The notes below the pieces were generated by a model. That model did no database searches. It was given only the letters and a program-made list of their open reading frames with translations, and was not told the DNA's origin. A stretch of 64,000 nt of DNA from an uncultured virus (IMG/VR IMGVR_UViG_3300042515_002586) (taxonomy: Duplodnaviria > Heunggongvirae > Uroviricota > Caudoviricetes), in the IMG/VR virus record IMGVR_UViG_3300042515_002586. One strand, written 5' to 3'. Below, piece after piece: positions 40,631 to 50,160 of this stretch (its first letter is position 1; each line of letters begins with the position of its first letter). The translations under genes and the position numbers were made by a program.

Positions 40631-42684
40631 TGAATAACGACCCACTAAAAAATATTGATTTTAATTCTCCTTTTGTTTCTGAAAGTGAGCTTGCTATTAT
40701 ACAAGCACTTTCTAAACATGTTAACAGGGAAACAAATAAACTTACTCCACCACCGATTGCACCACTAGCTGACCCAGTAAATATTGGAGAGTTAGTTGAT
40801 GATTCAATTCAATACTCAATACAGGAAATTGAAAGCCTAGCACAAAAAGTAGACTCTCTTTACTCAGACTTGTCAAATACTAATAACAGCTACATGGCTG
40901 ATATTGAAAGTGCTGAGAAAACTATTTTAGAAACTACAGATGCAGTTCAAAACATTACTGCATTAACACAAGACCAAGATTCAAATTACTTGTGGGTAAG
41001 CGATAGTTTTAATACAAACTCTTATGTAGACCTTGACAAATCAACTACATTAGTTGACACAGATATGGGTAACACATCTTTAGGGGTTCAAGAATTTTAT
41101 AGTATTCCTAACGTAACAGTTGACCTAGAAAGAGATGGTCTTGTGGGTATTCCAGGTTGTAATTTATTAGCTTTAGATTCTAAGTCTTTATCTAATATTG
41201 ATGTAGAACCTTCTCCTACTTTAGAAAAAACTGAGGTTAAAGATTTAGCTGGTCTTGCTGATAATAATAATCAAACCTGGTTTGAGATTGAACGAAATCT
41301 AGTACCTTTAAACCAACCAGTTAGAAGAGCAGGTAGGGCTTGGGTATATAACTTAGGTGCAAACAAAGAGAACGTAAAAGCAATAACCTCAGATTACGAT
41401 TGGAAAGCAACCATTGTTTACCCTGATGGTTTTGTTGATGCTGGACCAGACAAGGCGGGGACATATGTTGTGGAATGGTTAGAGGATAATGTAAATCCTC
41501 TAAACAGTGCAACATATAATGCAAAGCTAGAAGTTAAAATGACTTTGCTAACTCCACAACCAGTTTCAGAAGTTAAGATTGTTCCTTTTATAAGAAGTAA
41601 TCAAGGTCAAATGGCTTTAGAAACTTTATACATTGTAACAGATGGTCAGACTATTCCAATAGCAAGAAATGTTGATTTAACAGTACAAGCTAAATCAACA
41701 AAAACATTACAAAAGGAAATTTTAAGAAGAACTGGATCAAGTAGTATTGGCGCAGTCTTTACAGTTCCTACAAACAGAGACATTAGTGAAATTAAAATGG
41801 TGTTCAGTGGTAAACCTTATCAAGTAACAACTGGACTTGCTCACCAATTTTCAGAAGAGTTCGTTGAGAAAAGAACAGTTAGAAAGTATGGACTATTCTC
41901 CTCAGTAGACAGACGCAAGGCATGGGAACGAAAACCAACAACAGAAGAGACTCCAACAATTTCAGTTGAAAGTAAACAATTAAACTTACTAGGTTCAACT
42001 CAACCATTCTTTAATAGTATTTATGAATTAGGTGGCGGAACTAACTCTATACTAAATGGAGACAGTGGGAATATTCTAACAAGCTTAAGTAACTTACCTG
42101 GACTTGCACCAAGAATTGTTGCTGGAAGGGGTAGGTACGGACTACCAGAATTACAACAATCAAAAGTCGGTGCCGCACTTGGAAAAGCTGGTGCATTCTT
42201 ATCAAAAGTAACTCCGTACATAGGTGCTGGGTTAGCGGTTGTTGATTTAATTAAAAATGCGTTTGGTACAAGTAAAACGATCAAAACACTAGAAAAGGTT
42301 ACAGGTTACGATATTTTTAGTGGTTTCAGATCTTATGTTGCTATACGAGATATTACATTAACACGAAGTGTATATAGTACAGTTAGTGAAGTCTTATCTA
42401 AGAAGAGATCTTTTAGTCGTCCTGTAAGGCTTGTAGGTCTTATTGTTGATTATACAGTACCTTCTGAGTGGGGTCAAGGAGATTGGATTAGTTTCTACTT
42501 ATCTACAGATGGTACAAATTGGAGTCCAGTTATTCCTCTTTCAGATACTACATTGGAAAGCTCTTTCCAACTAGAAAAACCCTCTCAAGACATTTATTTT
42601 AAAGCAGTTTTAAAGGGGAACCCTGATGATCCTTTCAGGTCACCATACTTAAACCACTACACACTACAAGGGGTTCCAGAGTAA
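40630..42684 (+). CDS. Baseplate/tail structural protein (paralogous family)
   Basis: Coiled coil, DSFN..YVD...TLVDTDMG.TSL, LADNNNQTWF, terminal SPYLNHYTL. Confidence 0.6.
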   Translation: MNNDPLKNIDFNSPFVSESELAIIQALSKHVNRETNKLTPPPIAPLADPVNIGELVDDSIQYSIQEIESLAQKVDSLYSDLSNTNNSYMADIESAEKTILETTDAVQNITALTQDQDSNYLWVSDSFNTNSYVDLDKSTTLVDTDMGNTSLGVQEFYSIPNVTVDLERDGLVGIPGCNLLALDSKSLSNIDVEPSPTLEKTEVKDLAGLADNNNQTWFEIERNLVPLNQPVRRAGRAWVYNLGANKENVKAITSDYDWKATIVYPDGFVDAGPDKAGTYVVEWLEDNVNPLNSATYNAKLEVKMTLLTPQPVSEVKIVPFIRSNQGQMALETLYIVTDGQTIPIARNVDLTVQAKSTKTLQKEILRRTGSSSIGAVFTVPTNRDISEIKMVFSGKPYQVTTGLAHQFSEEFVEKRTVRKYGLFSSVDRRKAWERKPTTEETPTISVESKQLNLLGSTQPFFNSIYELGGGTNSILNGDSGNILTSLSNLPGLAPRIVAGRGRYGLPELQQSKVGAALGKAGAFLSKVTPYIGAGLAVVDLIKNAFGTSKTIKTLEKVTGYDIFSGFRSYVAIRDITLTRSVYSTVSEVLSKKRSFSRPVRLVGLIVDYTVPSEWGQGDWISFYLSTDGTNWSPVIPLSDTTLESSFQLEKPSQDIYFKAVLKGNPDDPFRSPYLNHYTLQGVPE

Positions 42685-42686
42685 TA

Positions 42687-44930
42687 ATGATAATTGATAA
42701 CACACAAAAGAAAGTTCTTTTTGATGATGCGGCAAAATTGGGTCTTACTCGATTTGAAATTTTGTCAACTCCTGAGACATTTAAAAGAATGTTGGGATCA
42801 ATTGAAAAGAAATCTTTTGGTTTGCCTTTAGTAAATCAGTATATTGCAGTATCAAACGAAAGCATTAATATAAAGAAGATTTCAGAATACTTTGTAGGTT
42901 ATGGAAGAGACTTGAAAGTTGGTAACCAAGCTGCAAGTGAAGTTGAGCAAAAAATTCTTTATATAAAGAATGAATTTTGGGTGCGATCTCAGAATTTAAA
43001 AAACAAAGCCAAATATTTAAAAGCAACAGCAGACCTAGAAGGATTCAAGTCTGGTTATAATGGGACGTTTGTTTTTGGTGATAGTTTTACAAGTGCCGAG
43101 AATATTGATTTAACAAACACCTCAGCATGGTTTGATGTTAGTGAAGGAATTGTATTTTTACCTAACTCAGTAGTTTCAAGTTCAATAGACCCTAAAAATA
43201 TTAGAGTGGATTCTGTTGATAATGATGAAGGATCAGATTCTCTAGGTTCATCTCCTCTTGATGCTGTTGATGGTTTAGAGAATACCAGTTGGAAGACCAT
43301 GTTTGTAACAGCTAATGCAGAAAGCTATGCTGTGTACTCTTTTGATAAGGAGTATAATATATCTAACATTCAAATTGACCCAACAGGTTTTGGTTGTGAA
43401 GTAAAAATTGAAGTAAATAAAGGAAACGGTTTTGAACTTGTTAATACTGAGATTATCTACAAGACAACTACTTTTATTGTTGGACATAGTAATGTACGCA
43501 AATTAAAAATAACATACAAGCCAGCATCAGCTGTGTTACCTAAAACAGTTGGTATCAGAAATATCAGATTGTTTACAGAGAATACCGTAGATATAGCTAC
43601 TCTTCGTAGTAGAGATATTAACATACCAATAAACTATTCTCAAATACTTTTAGATTTTACATCTAAAATTCCAGCTGGTACATACATTAAGTCATACATA
43701 TCAAACGACTCTGGGGTTACTTGGACTGAAATTAAAAAACAAGCATGGAAATATCTGCAACTAAATCAAAACAATATTGTTAAAATTGATAAATCAAAGG
43801 TAAGAAAGGAAGGAAGTTTCTGGGTTGTAGATGTAACTAATGCACCTACCACTTATACAGAAGGATCTCTTTTAGTTGGTAAAAATCAAGTTGAAGTAAC
43901 TGCTTTCAAAAAAGATTATACAGCTTTAGGTGAACTCCCACACACACCAGCAGAAAATGATTTTCTAAGTCAGGACATTAAGAAGTTTAGAACATGGCTT
44001 AATGTACCTACTCTTAATGAAAGAACAAATACAACTCAATTATTCTTACCACCTACAAGCTCACAAAATACATCTGCAATTAAGGGAGCAGAAATTCTTC
44101 CGTTTGAGTTTCAAGTAACAGGAGATAAATACCAAAATCTTTGTTATTTAATGTTAGGTGGCGGTAAAACAAAGAATGTATGTCAACCAAACTTTACATA
44201 CAAAGTAAGTTACTTTGTTTACTGTGAGAATGACTTTTTTGTTGACCAAGCTAAGTATTCTTTCCTACAAGGATATAGAGATAGATCATTTAAATCCTTT
44301 ACTGAAGTTAGTAAGGTTTATGGTGGTTTTACTTTGGACATTAACAAGTCTACTGTTATTACATCTAACAAACCTTTTACAGTTTACACAACAGCTGATA
44401 CAAATGGTTGTTTTGTTGAGGGTGGGGTAAATGGAATTGGTAATCTTGGATCATCTTTTAACTTTACTCTTAGAAAAGGTTGGAATCTTATTGAAACATA
44501 CCTACACACACTAGACCCTGATTTATACGGAAACGATAATGGAGCAGGTGGTTTTAAACCAATGTTACAGTTTTCTATGTTCCCATCTTTCTTTGACAAG
44601 AAGTTTCAACTTGATGCTGGAATAACCAAGGTAGTAGCAAGTGGAGAGTCTAAAGCAAACTCAGAATTTGAGCTTATGTGGAACACACCACAAGATTTTA
44701 ACTTTTGGGCGTGGGATACACAAGGAAAAGCTATCTTGTTCAATGCGTGGGATACTGTTAGTGTTGATGGTTATATTAAAGGAAGCAACCCCAACTATGA
44801 ACTTGAGTACACAAGTAGTCCTGAAACTTTGAACTCTATTAGTTCTGTAAAACTTCGTTTTGATTTAATTAAGGAACCATTAACTTTTTCTGGTCCTATT
44901 CTTGAAGATTACAAAATAACAGTGAGATAA
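42687..44930 (+). CDS. Baseplate/tail structural protein (paralogous family)
   Basis: DSFT..NID...AWFDVSEGIVFLP, AVDGLENTSW, terminal GPILEDYKI. Confidence 0.6.
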   Translation: MIIDNTQKKVLFDDAAKLGLTRFEILSTPETFKRMLGSIEKKSFGLPLVNQYIAVSNESINIKKISEYFVGYGRDLKVGNQAASEVEQKILYIKNEFWVRSQNLKNKAKYLKATADLEGFKSGYNGTFVFGDSFTSAENIDLTNTSAWFDVSEGIVFLPNSVVSSSIDPKNIRVDSVDNDEGSDSLGSSPLDAVDGLENTSWKTMFVTANAESYAVYSFDKEYNISNIQIDPTGFGCEVKIEVNKGNGFELVNTEIIYKTTTFIVGHSNVRKLKITYKPASAVLPKTVGIRNIRLFTENTVDIATLRSRDINIPINYSQILLDFTSKIPAGTYIKSYISNDSGVTWTEIKKQAWKYLQLNQNNIVKIDKSKVRKEGSFWVVDVTNAPTTYTEGSLLVGKNQVEVTAFKKDYTALGELPHTPAENDFLSQDIKKFRTWLNVPTLNERTNTTQLFLPPTSSQNTSAIKGAEILPFEFQVTGDKYQNLCYLMLGGGKTKNVCQPNFTYKVSYFVYCENDFFVDQAKYSFLQGYRDRSFKSFTEVSKVYGGFTLDINKSTVITSNKPFTVYTTADTNGCFVEGGVNGIGNLGSSFNFTLRKGWNLIETYLHTLDPDLYGNDNGAGGFKPMLQFSMFPSFFDKKFQLDAGITKVVASGESKANSEFELMWNTPQDFNFWAWDTQGKAILFNAWDTVSVDGYIKGSNPNYELEYTSSPETLNSISSVKLRFDLIKEPLTFSGPILEDYKITVR

Positions 44931-44931
44931 T

Positions 44932-45777
44932 ATGCCAAGAGACGGGTTTGACGATAAACTATATTACAGTGGTGATGATTTAGGTGATGGTCCTCCTATT
45001 ATTGGACTACCTGAAGGTAGTCAACCTCCAGGACCCCCAGAACCTCCAACTAATGAAACAGGATCAGGTGTTGATACAGGCAGTACTGTTGATGTAACTT
45101 TTACTATTCCTGGTCTTACACCTTCAACACCTCCAGAATACAATTATGGAAATAGTAATGGTAAAATACCAGCCATAATTGAAATAGAAACTATTGGTGC
45201 TCACACAGGGATTGATTTTACTGGTTCTAATATACCAGTAGCAAATCCAACAACAGGTTCTGATACACCTAGTATTGGAAACATATCCAATACTCAAACA
45301 CCAATTAATAATACTCAAACACCAATTTCAAATGCTGGAGTTGTTACAAATCCAGGAAGTAGTAATACTAGTAACACCTCACAAGGAGGATTAACTACAG
45401 TTTCTAATACTACTCCAGGAAACACAAATACATCAACTGAAATACCTGGGTCTGATTTAAGTAGTGGAAACAGGGGTGCAGTAAACTATTTAAGCGCACC
45501 AAAAAGCCTTGGAGTTTCTATAGTTCCTTTTAAATTAAACCATAGATACAGAGGTGCAAGAGAATCCACAAAATATCTTTTGTTCAAGCAAAAACTTCAA
45601 TACATATTTTTTACAATGTTAGATTTGCTTAGATTTAGAATTGAAGACTCTTCTACAAATCTTTTATCAACGTACCCTAGCGACGCAATCATTCAAGACA
45701 TGCAACACAATTTAATACAAGTTAAATTCTATGAAGATGTCAGAGGAAGAAAAATTAAAACCAGGTGGTTTAATTAA
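44932..45777 (+). CDS. Structural protein with a long Pro/Thr/Ser/Asn/Gly low-complexity N-terminus
   Basis: About 180 low-complexity residues followed by a helical C-terminal domain (RYRGARESTKY). Confidence 0.65.
   Translation: MPRDGFDDKLYYSGDDLGDGPPIIGLPEGSQPPGPPEPPTNETGSGVDTGSTVDVTFTIPGLTPSTPPEYNYGNSNGKIPAIIEIETIGAHTGIDFTGSNIPVANPTTGSDTPSIGNISNTQTPINNTQTPISNAGVVTNPGSSNTSNTSQGGLTTVSNTTPGNTNTSTEIPGSDLSSGNRGAVNYLSAPKSLGVSIVPFKLNHRYRGARESTKYLLFKQKLQYIFFTMLDLLRFRIEDSSTNLLSTYPSDAIIQDMQHNLIQVKFYEDVRGRKIKTRWFN
45289..45327 (+). repeat. Direct repeat: two copies of AATACTCAAACACCAATT with 21-bp period
   Basis: Read directly; encodes NTQTPI-N-NTQTPI. Confidence 0.9.
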
Positions 45778-46847
45778 TGAATAAAAATAAATTTACAGAT
45801 ACCATTAATACAGTTTCTTTAACTGTGGACAGCTTAGAAACTCCTAGTATTAAAGGGGGCGGATCTTCTAGTAGCTCCGTTTTAAATAGGTTTAATCAAA
45901 GTATTGTTAAAGATATTGGTTCAATTATTATTTATTTAAATAAGTTACTTGACAGGTCTTCAAAGATTGCAGATGCTTCTGCATCGCAAGGTGCTGCTTT
46001 AAGTGCTCCATTAACAACCCTAACAACAAGAGTTGACACACTACTAACAGATACTAACTATGTAATGGCAGACTTCTTTAAATCTGATTACGTTGATTCT
46101 GGTAACACAACTGCTAACGTAGATAATTTATTTGGACAAGTAACTCTACCTGTTACAAGTTCTTCTGATCTACTGGTTCAAACTGATTCCTTTGGTTTTA
46201 ATCAAGTATCATCAGAAGTTAGTTTGGGTTATTCAACCTCTGTAACGACACCAGCTGACGGTTTGTTTGTAAGTGCTTCTGATGGACTAGATATGCTGCT
46301 CAGAAGAGGTGTGTGGGTCATTAACAAGCCTGGAGAGTCTGTGTGGATTAAGGTTAAAGCCCCATTACAGTATTTAGGATTAAATCCTAATATTCTTGAA
46401 ATTTATCCTTTCCCTGCTTTTGGTTGTCACATTTCTGATGTTAAAGTTAGAAAGTCTTCTGGTAGTGCTGTCTGGGAAGATATAGATATTACTTATCTGC
46501 CAGGTTATGATTCTGGTACAAGTAAAGTTAAAAATGCTGGACCATTAAAAATTCATTTAGACGGGGAACCAATAAATGAAATAATGTTTAAGATGGAACC
46601 TGTTGGAAGTTACAAACCTGGACTTTATAATTTAAGGGTTTTAAGTAATACGTATAATCAAAATGCAACATTAACTGTACAAGATGCTACAAGGGATTTA
46701 GATACCATAACTATTTATGGTAAGGACCCACTTGATCTTGCATTGATTCCAACTGTCATTACTACAACAAAAGCAAGGCTTGATTTATCATCACCTTCAA
46801 CATACTCTACCCCTGTCATTTCTAGAATTGTGATGGAATTAGCCTAG
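45777..46847 (+). CDS. Baseplate/tail structural protein (short member of the paralogous family)
   Basis: DFF..DYVD...TANVD...GQVTLP and terminal TPVISRI. Confidence 0.6.
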   Translation: MNKNKFTDTINTVSLTVDSLETPSIKGGGSSSSSVLNRFNQSIVKDIGSIIIYLNKLLDRSSKIADASASQGAALSAPLTTLTTRVDTLLTDTNYVMADFFKSDYVDSGNTTANVDNLFGQVTLPVTSSSDLLVQTDSFGFNQVSSEVSLGYSTSVTTPADGLFVSASDGLDMLLRRGVWVINKPGESVWIKVKAPLQYLGLNPNILEIYPFPAFGCHISDVKVRKSSGSAVWEDIDITYLPGYDSGTSKVKNAGPLKIHLDGEPINEIMFKMEPVGSYKPGLYNLRVLSNTYNQNATLTVQDATRDLDTITIYGKDPLDLALIPTVITTTKARLDLSSPSTYSTPVISRIVMELA

Positions 46848-46951
46848 TATAATTACCAGTTTTTTCACAATTTTTGTTGTTTTTCAGCAATTTTTGTAAT
46901 TTTAAACGTATATAGTATATATATACTAAAGAATAACAACACAACAGTATT
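46848..46951. promoter_or_regulatory. AT-rich intergenic control region at the module boundary
   Basis: Longest non-coding gap I found. TATAAT at 46848, two CAATTTTTGT copies 20 nt apart, perfect palindrome TAGTATATATATACTA at 46913-46928. Confidence 0.55.
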
Positions 46952-47638
46952 ATGACAAAATTAAAGAGTAAGCCAATTAGTAGAGAAACACAGTTAATTC
47001 TACAAATACTTAAATTTAAACTGGACCCTTTAAATAACGATTTTCAGACAATTGAAACAGTCAATAAACTAATTAACCTTTCCTTCAGAAAAGCAGGTAA
47101 ATTATATTTTCAGACTGAAGAGGATAATGATGATTTCGTACAAGAAGCAAAGAGTATGGTTTATAATATAATCTGTAAGAAGTTATCTTATAATGAGTTA
47201 ATTGATTATATTCAATCTGTAAGGACTAATCCATGTTCGGAGCTTTGTTCTGTTTATCCAACACTAATTCCAAAATCAACAACTTCTCTTTCAGATCAAG
47301 AACTAAATTTAAGAGATTTAAATAAAAGAGTATATAACTATATTACTATTAGTTTACGTTTTCTTGTTAGAAATAAAATTAATGCTAAGAAGAAAATTTT
47401 AAAAATTAAAGAATTTGATTATGCTCAAAGCTCCTCATTAGTTCAAGATTTAAAGAATTATGGGAGTGAACCATATCCTGGTTTATTTGAAAATGAAAGT
47501 TTAGAAAGAATAGTATCAATTATGTTGTCTGAAGGTTACACTAGGATTGACATTAAAAGAGAATTAAAATTGTCAACAAAAAAATTACAACAGTCAATTG
47601 AGAAAATAAAGGAAGTTTTAAATAATATAAATGAGTAA
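46952..47638 (+). CDS. Sigma-70-like transcription factor (region 2- and region 4-like)
   Basis: DDFVQEA (D.xQE of region 2) and EGYTRIDIKRELKLS...IEKIK (region 4 HTH-like). Confidence 0.6.
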   Translation: MTKLKSKPISRETQLILQILKFKLDPLNNDFQTIETVNKLINLSFRKAGKLYFQTEEDNDDFVQEAKSMVYNIICKKLSYNELIDYIQSVRTNPCSELCSVYPTLIPKSTTSLSDQELNLRDLNKRVYNYITISLRFLVRNKINAKKKILKIKEFDYAQSSSLVQDLKNYGSEPYPGLFENESLERIVSIMLSEGYTRIDIKRELKLSTKKLQQSIEKIKEVLNNINE

Positions 47639-47999
47639 TTTTCATAGAAAGTTAGTTAGACCAACAATAGAAGAAGCATTTACTAGGTTTCTAACTATTA
47701 GTACTGAAGAGGGTGACACAGTTAAATTGGCTGTTAAATTTAATGGTGCTGATAAACCAGAAGTAAGTATAACCGCTTTTGGTATTTCAGAAACAATTAG
47801 GTCAATTAAAAATCCAAGTAGAATCCCAACACTAAACTTAACGGAGTATCTTGATACTGCATTTGTTTGGACAACCTCTAACGGGGTTGCTAGTGGTTAT
47901 AAAGATTGGAGAGAATACATTGAAAAAGGTATTGGACCAGCTGTAAAAGATATTTCTGTAAAAGGTAATAGAGCTTTTAGTTATGAGGTTTTAAGTTAA
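47631..47999 (+). CDS. Hypothetical protein
   Basis: Coupled ORF, 122 aa. Confidence 0.7.
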   Translation: MSNFHRKLVRPTIEEAFTRFLTISTEEGDTVKLAVKFNGADKPEVSITAFGISETIRSIKNPSRIPTLNLTEYLDTAFVWTTSNGVASGYKDWREYIEKGIGPAVKDISVKGNRAFSYEVLS

Positions 48000-48427
48000 T
48001 GAATTTTGATGCACTTTACGACGAAGATGGCGACGCCATTCCTAACAACACACCCGTTACAGTAAGCGTAGAATCTGTATTTGTTTCCGCAACAAGAAAC
48101 AACCCACAAGTAGTCCTGTTTTCTCCTACAGGAAATATCTCAACAGCAGACTCTTACAGAGATGCTAAGATGTTGGAAACTATTTTGTCAACTTCTCTAC
48201 CAAAAGATACATTGTTTATGTTAGCAACTCTTCTAAATAGCACAGTTCAAATTATGACTACAGTAGAAAAGAGAAGGGTTGATGCTGAATTTAGCAAAAT
48301 TCAAGAAATGATTTCAGCTGATTTTGCAAAAGAAGAAGCAGAAGCAACTGAAAAAAAGAAACCAACAAATAAGAAGAAACCAAAACCTCTTCCTCCAGAA
48401 GAATCTGAGGATATGGATTCTGAATAA
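47999..48427 (+). CDS. Hypothetical protein with a charged tail
   Basis: TAATG-coupled, 142 aa. Confidence 0.7.
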   Translation: MNFDALYDEDGDAIPNNTPVTVSVESVFVSATRNNPQVVLFSPTGNISTADSYRDAKMLETILSTSLPKDTLFMLATLLNSTVQIMTTVEKRRVDAEFSKIQEMISADFAKEEAEATEKKKPTNKKKPKPLPPEESEDMDSE

Positions 48428-48433
48428 AATAAT

Positions 48434-49027
48434 ATGAAAATCAAACCTGTTAATAATTATTTGACATTTAATCTTATAGACGACGCAAACCCTGACATTG
48501 TTAGTATTGACAGTGCAAAGAAAGAATATAGATGGGGTAAAGTTTTAGATGTTGGTCCTGGCTTCCCTGACTTTAATGGTAAGATTCAACCCTCTCAACT
48601 GAAACAAGAAGATACAGTTTATGTAATGGCACACGGAAAAGAAGTTGTTGAATTACCAAATTCTGATCCTTTTTATGTTGCCTCTGAATTAGATATAATG
48701 TGTAAAATAGACTTAGAAAACTTAACCCTCAAACCTTTGGGTAACTACATTGAAATTGAAAAGATTGAAACAAAAGAAGAAGACTCTTTAATTTTAATGC
48801 CAGACTCAAAAACTGTCCCACCTGCTTTGGGTGTTGTAAAGAGTTTAGGTTATGGTTGGACTGATGCAACAGGTAATCCAATTGAGCACCAAGTATCAGT
48901 AGGCTCTACTGTTGTGTTTAACCCATATAATACTTTAATTGTTGATTTGGAGCCATTAGGTTTCAATGAAAAAAGATACCTCATAATGCACACAGATATT
49001 TACGGAGAACTTGTTAGTAATGATTAA
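48434..49027 (+). CDS. groES: Tandem double-domain GroES (Cpn20-like co-chaperonin)
   Basis: Two repeats: IKPVNNYL...GKVLDVGPG...DTVY...ELDIMCKI and LKPLGNYI...GVVKSLGYG...VSVGSTVVF...HTDIYGEL. Confidence 0.88.
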   Translation: MKIKPVNNYLTFNLIDDANPDIVSIDSAKKEYRWGKVLDVGPGFPDFNGKIQPSQLKQEDTVYVMAHGKEVVELPNSDPFYVASELDIMCKIDLENLTLKPLGNYIEIEKIETKEEDSLILMPDSKTVPPALGVVKSLGYGWTDATGNPIEHQVSVGSTVVFNPYNTLIVDLEPLGFNEKRYLIMHTDIYGELVSND

Positions 49028-49313
49028 TAGCCGTCGTGTTGTTGAATATATTAATAAAATCAATTCTCAAATTACTAGGTTAATGGTTGCAAAAAAGTAT
49101 AGTGAAGCAGAACTGTTGTTAGAAACATTAACAACAGTTTTAAATCAAAATACTATTCCTAATCAACCTCCACTTCCAAAACCATTCCTACAGAGCCTAT
49201 ACTGGTTTATTACAAAAAGAAAGAGTATTGAATCAGCACAGAAATTAGAAAACCACCTCTTCCAGAATGTAAAAACTCTTCATGAAAAATATGAGCACAG
49301 CTGGGTAAAATAA
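49020..49313 (+). CDS. Hypothetical protein
   Basis: ATG at 49020, in frame with the track ORF. Confidence 0.65.
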   Translation: MINSRRVVEYINKINSQITRLMVAKKYSEAELLLETLTTVLNQNTIPNQPPLPKPFLQSLYWFITKRKSIESAQKLENHLFQNVKTLHEKYEHSWVK

Positions 49314-49744
49314 TGTCAACACTAGATAAAATTTTGTTAAATGAAACTCTTCCTATCTTCAAAGAAGATATAGAAGAACTTGCAAATAAAGATTCATGGT
49401 CTCCACAAAATCGAGATCAATTAATTGAACGTGCTTTTACCCTTTCAAAGAATACCGCACATGAGGGTGTAAATGTAGTTAATAAAATGCTTCAAGAATT
49501 TGAAGGTACTACGATTATTGGTTTAGTAATGGAAAAAGAATTCCTAACTGACTTCTATCAGTATCTCTCAGACTGGAGAACAAATCTTGATACGCTCCCT
49601 GAAAATGAGGTAGCACTTCAACCAGTAACTTATGATTGGCTTACACAATCACTAAGAAGGATTGTAGCTAGATTACAAGAACTTGAAGATCAAATTGACG
49701 GGATTGAGAAGCTTTCTAATCCAGGAACCGTTGAGGAAATTTAA
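49313..49744 (+). CDS. Hypothetical helical protein
   Basis: TAATG-coupled, 143 aa. Confidence 0.7.
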   Translation: MSTLDKILLNETLPIFKEDIEELANKDSWSPQNRDQLIERAFTLSKNTAHEGVNVVNKMLQEFEGTTIIGLVMEKEFLTDFYQYLSDWRTNLDTLPENEVALQPVTYDWLTQSLRRIVARLQELEDQIDGIEKLSNPGTVEEI

Positions 49745-50160
49745 TGCAACTACCTAGTATAGCAAGAGGATATTTTTACCCTACAAACCTAAAGAACAGG
49801 TGTCCAATGTTTTCTCGTTGTACTGTCTCTAATAAATGCCAAAACTATGATAAGCATATGCTAATGTGTAATGTATGTGAATCAAGAGTTAGACCAGCAC
49901 AACAGCTTGGAGGGTATTTAGCAGAAGGAGAATTCCAACCAGATATTCAAAAAGCTATTAAAGTAATTCAGAAAGCATTAAATAATCCTTTTTCTCACCC
50001 AGACGCAACACCTACTTCTATGGGCATGTCTCCTGGAGACTACCAAGAGTACCAAGAATCAGTTGAAGTACTCAAGCAATGGGGTGGTAGAGTCACAGAG
50101 GAAGATGTGTACATGGAACTTTCTGATGTTGACAAAGCAAAATTGAATGGTTTACTTTAA
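49744..50160 (+). CDS. Cys-rich hypothetical protein (possible metal binding)
   Basis: C-x5-C-x5-C-x9-C-x2-C cluster. Confidence 0.7.
   Translation: MQLPSIARGYFYPTNLKNRCPMFSRCTVSNKCQNYDKHMLMCNVCESRVRPAQQLGGYLAEGEFQPDIQKAIKVIQKALNNPFSHPDATPTSMGMSPGDYQEYQESVEVLKQWGGRVTEEDVYMELSDVDKAKLNGLL

Noticed and set aside
10358..46847. Bacterial extracellular contractile injection system or tailocin rather than a phage
   Set aside because: Single-strand dense organisation with RuvC, sigma-like factors, chaperonins and many phage-like hypotheticals fits a large phage better. Capsid and terminase are not in the window, so this is not formally excluded.
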